A stretch of 63,997 bases of DNA, the filler included, from Basidiobolus ranarum (taxonomy: Eukaryota): the NCBI GenBank assembly GCA_040143965.1. It is 6 parts of 6 records of this genome, joined end to end, with 100 filler letters (N's around TTAATTAATTAA, not from the genome) between each part and the next. Parts side by side here need not be neighbours in the genome. Positions count along the whole stretch, not along the records: positions 54,643 to 63,997 come from JASJQH010000837.1; 5 more parts are not named here. One strand, 5' to 3'. Of this stretch, positions 60,885 to 63,997 are shown one piece after another (position 1 is the first letter of the stretch; each line of letters opens with the position of its first letter). The notes under the pieces are model-generated. The model was not told the DNA's origin, did no database searches, and worked only from the letters and a program-made list of their open reading frames with translations. A program made the position numbers and the translations under genes.

Positions 60885-61971
60885 TTACCCTTTACCATCC
60901 TCGTTCTGTTGGTTACATTCAATACACACAGCCCCGATTCTTTGGAATTTCATTTGAATTTAGAGACCCTTAGCCTCACTATTGATCACGTTCATCATGG
61001 GATTCGTAATATGTTAAATTAAAAACTTTTTAATAACGATATGCTATGTTGCTGGTTGCTGTGGCATATATATATATATCCAGAAAGTATCTCTTGATCT
61101 GATGGCTGGAATTCGTTTGTTGCATCTGTGAGCATGAGGGATGTGGTGGCGCCTCGCAGAGCGGATTGTTTCCTTATTCTTAGCTTCATTGGTATCGAGT
61201 AAGGTTTAAGTGATTCTTGCTGGCCACAAAGTAAAACGAGCAAACAAAAAAGCAAGATTCGATTTCCCCAATGGGGTAGATTTGGACCCGGGGGTGCGAC
61301 CCTCTTGGACACAAGTATTCAATTTGCCTGAGCGTTCGAAGAAAAGCCGCTTACGCATGATATAACATGGTTATTTGGTGGACGAGATGGCGGGTCTTGT
61401 TTGAGAACACTTCTTTTCTAAAGATTAAAAAATAATGAAACTCTATCCAAATCCAAACTATCCCGGTGTTAGCTCTGGTCATGTGCGGGACAGAGGACAT
61501 TTGTGCGTTGATCCAATCCTTAAACCATCGATACTAATATAAACCGCTTTTCTATTGCAAGTCTTGTGATTCGATACAGCAAAGTTTCTTATCCATGCCC
61601 TCTGATCTGATAAGTTGGTGTTGGGTCACTTGTCTTCATGGCTTACCAATCAAAACTTCAATCACTCGGTGAGCGAGTCATTTAGCATTGTGGTGCTGGC
61701 ATGATCACGGAAGATAAGTGAGACCCAGAAAATTCAATGAGTACTTATCTAAAACCTGAGTCCAAACTTCCCCAAAACTTTTACTGGTTTTCTTTTTTGA
61801 TCGAGTTGGATAACCGCAATACTAGGGAAATGGTGATGAGATGAGATGTAATATATTAAATTCTACCATCTTATATAATGAATTCGCAAATATGAGATGA
61901 TGCCGCGGTTAAAGTTTCTATTGGATTCTTCAGCCTTAGTCGTGTAGTTTCTTGAAGTTTTCCTTACCAAA

Positions 61972-62834
61972 ATGTCATTTTTACGTGCACTAAAGCCAAC
62001 GCTAAGACTTTCTCCTAGCATCCTTGGCCTTCCTAAATCAAGTTTGAGACTTATTCATCTCGGAACACCCACAAACGCCTTCAGACTATCACCCAGGGTC
62101 AACATGGTTAGAAAGCAACCAGCCATTATGAGTCAAGGTAAATAGGCGGAGTTTGACTTTTGAAGTGACTTTTTTCTTAAACTTTTATCTTAACTACAGT
62201 ACGTACGATGTTTATCAAAACCGAAGAAACACCAAACCAAGATTCGTTAAAATTCCTACCTGGAATTCCGGTTATGAAACAAGGAGGAACAGCAGAATTT
62301 TTAAATCCTAAAGAAGCTGCTACATCGAATCTAGCCAAGGCCTTATTCAAGGTGGAGGGTATTCAAAGTGTTTTCTATGGTCCAGATTTTATTACCGTAA
62401 CCAAGAATTCGGCCACTGCTTGGCATGAAGTTAAACCTGATATATATTCGGAAATTATGAACTTCTTTACCACAAACCAGCCAATCTTTAATGATACAAC
62501 GGTTAGTGACTCTTCCGATACTACCATTAACCCAGAGGATTCGGAGGTCGTAGCTATGATCAAGGAGTTGCTTGATACTCGTATTAGGCCATCCATACAA
62601 GAAGATGGTGGTGATATTGAGTACAAAGGGTTTACCGAGGATGGTATAGTCCAGTTGAAGTTAATGGGTGCTTGTAGAACATGCGATTCCAGCGTCATAA
62701 CCTTGAAGAATGGTATTGAGAATATGTTAATGCATTACATACCTGAAGTATCCGGAGTAGAACAAGCGACCGACGAAGAGGAGGAAGTGAAGATCGACCT
62801 AGAGAAACTTACTAATAGAGTGTTTAATCAGTAA
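61972..62834 (+). CDS. NFU1: Mitochondrial Fe-S scaffold NFU1 (2 exons, N-terminal presequence)
   Basis: Exon 1 is R/S/L-rich (61972-62137). Exon 2: [57 protein letters not shown] (CxxC). Confidence 0.95.
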
Positions 62835-63607
62835 CCACTATGGTGGAACTTTTTTACTTGGTTCATTCTTTGCCTTTACAAGCAAGACCATGTCATTTAT
62901 TTAAAACAATCCATATTCGCATCAATTAAACCTCGTATTTTAAGTTGGCTTATTTTACAAGAGCAAAGATATTTAGTTCATATATGACTTTCATGCATGT
63001 TTTCATGATAATAGAGATAGAGGTCATGCACCACGTTAATCCTTGGAATTACGTGCTTCTGAACTGGTGGGCTCAACAGGGAGACGATGTCCACACAGTC
63101 CAATGGTATGAAGCTACCCATGAAAAGGAGCTTGATAGATTAGGGCGTGTGTAAATGTAGATTAACCGTTGTTTATATTTCTTTGGTTGGAACAGTTTAT
63201 GATTTTTCATACAATGCTCGCTTAGAGTAGGGAATCAAGCCGACGTCATAAAGAACAGGGAGTGTGATAATCTCAGGTTTTCACAAATCAAATATACTTG
63301 AGAATTGGAATCGAATGGTTATGAAGAACTGTATTGTCATTGCTACTCCGATACATGTTGTACACCGAATACAGGACGAACTATGATACCATGTTGTCAG
63401 CCGCTAAGGTTTAATATATGCGATACAAATGGCGAGAATGTGAGTTATTCAAGTCACCCTTCGACTTGTCCTAACTCAGATGTATATGTATATATGGATA
63501 GCTATTTAGATACCGAATGGGTTGAAGACCAAGCTACAGATGATGGAATAACGTTCATTTGGTTGAGTAAAAATGTATTGATCTACTTGTAATTAAATTT
63601 CAAAAGC

Positions 63608-63997
63608 CTAATTCTTTCCAACTTTAGTGGTCATGGGATTAACTGCACACATCCAGATGCGGGTTTTGTATATCTTGAATAGATCCCTGACCAATTCTCT
63701 AAAATCAATTCTACGCTCCGCAACAAAATAGAACGTGAGTTTGCGACGGTCCCAATGGTACTCGGCATCTACAACCTCCATGGGAAGTTTCTTTTGTCTT
63801 ACTTTGGTTTGGCATATTAGCATTGCCTTGGCCTCGTCTTGGTCTTTGGTGGCTAGTAGCGCAATCTCAATAGGCTGAGCAAGGCGATATATCATCTTTG
63901 GTTGAACTTCTTTTCCAGATCTCACTTCACCATTATTCGCATCAGAACTTTGCTGTTGCGCGTGTATCAATTGGACCTGCTCAGGTGTAATGGTATC
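63608..63997 (-). CDS. PSP1 C-terminal domain protein, 3' part (extends beyond window)
   Basis: LPMEVVDAEYHWDRRKLTFYFVAERRIDFRELVRDLFKIYKTRIWM. Confidence 0.9.
   Translation of the reverse strand, partial: DTITPEQVQLIHAQQQSSDANNGEVRSGKEVQPKMIYRLAQPIEIALLATKDQDEAKAMLICQTKVRQKKLPMEVVDAEYHWDRRKLTFYFVAERRIDFRELVRDLFKIYKTRIWMCAVNPMTTKVGKN

Noticed and set aside
63305-63592. Cys-rich 95-aa ORF
   Set aside because: Non-ATG start, no signal peptide or domain, antisense to the PSP1 gene 3' region.

Overview
AT-rich, intron-rich eukaryotic DNA with short GT-AG introns of about 50-150 nt. The gene content suggests an early-diverging fungus (inference; no species can be assigned). The window is not one locus. 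It is six contigs joined by identical artificial 100-bp spacers (N44-TTAATTAATTAA-N44) at 10849, 21789, 32715, 43635 and 54543, so synteny is meaningful only within a contig. Contig 1 is almost entirely one roughly 13-exon, ~2,950-aa minus-strand gene. Its architecture is acidic tract + chromodomain, a long ankyrin-repeat array, WGR, PARP regulatory, an intact H-Y-E PARP catalytic domain, and a CHFR-type cysteine-rich/PBZ poly(ADP-ribose)-binding finger. This apparent methyl-lysine reader / PAR writer / PAR reader is the most striking feature. Contig 2 holds a P450 with an atypical I-helix, head-to-head with a divergent 2-oxoacid dehydrogenase E1 (DHTKD1-like) paralogue, plus PARN and the end of FBA1. 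Contig 3 holds a foldback/MITE, two families of split-barrel flavin-binding genes, a secreted Cys-repeat protein, NSA2, DFG10 and a local duplication. Contig 4 holds a TALE homeobox gene and SIN3. Contig 5 is repeat-rich: relics of an N-methylating NRPS and of an atromentin-type quinone synthetase thioesterase, a small 8-Cys secreted protein, a Zn-ADH and a decayed Gly/Asn-repeat gene. Contig 6 holds RPL15, a SYN8-like SNARE, a small coiled-coil gene, NPC2, NFU1 and a PSP1-domain gene. Splice junctions were read by eye; family calls rest on remembered motifs, not database searches.
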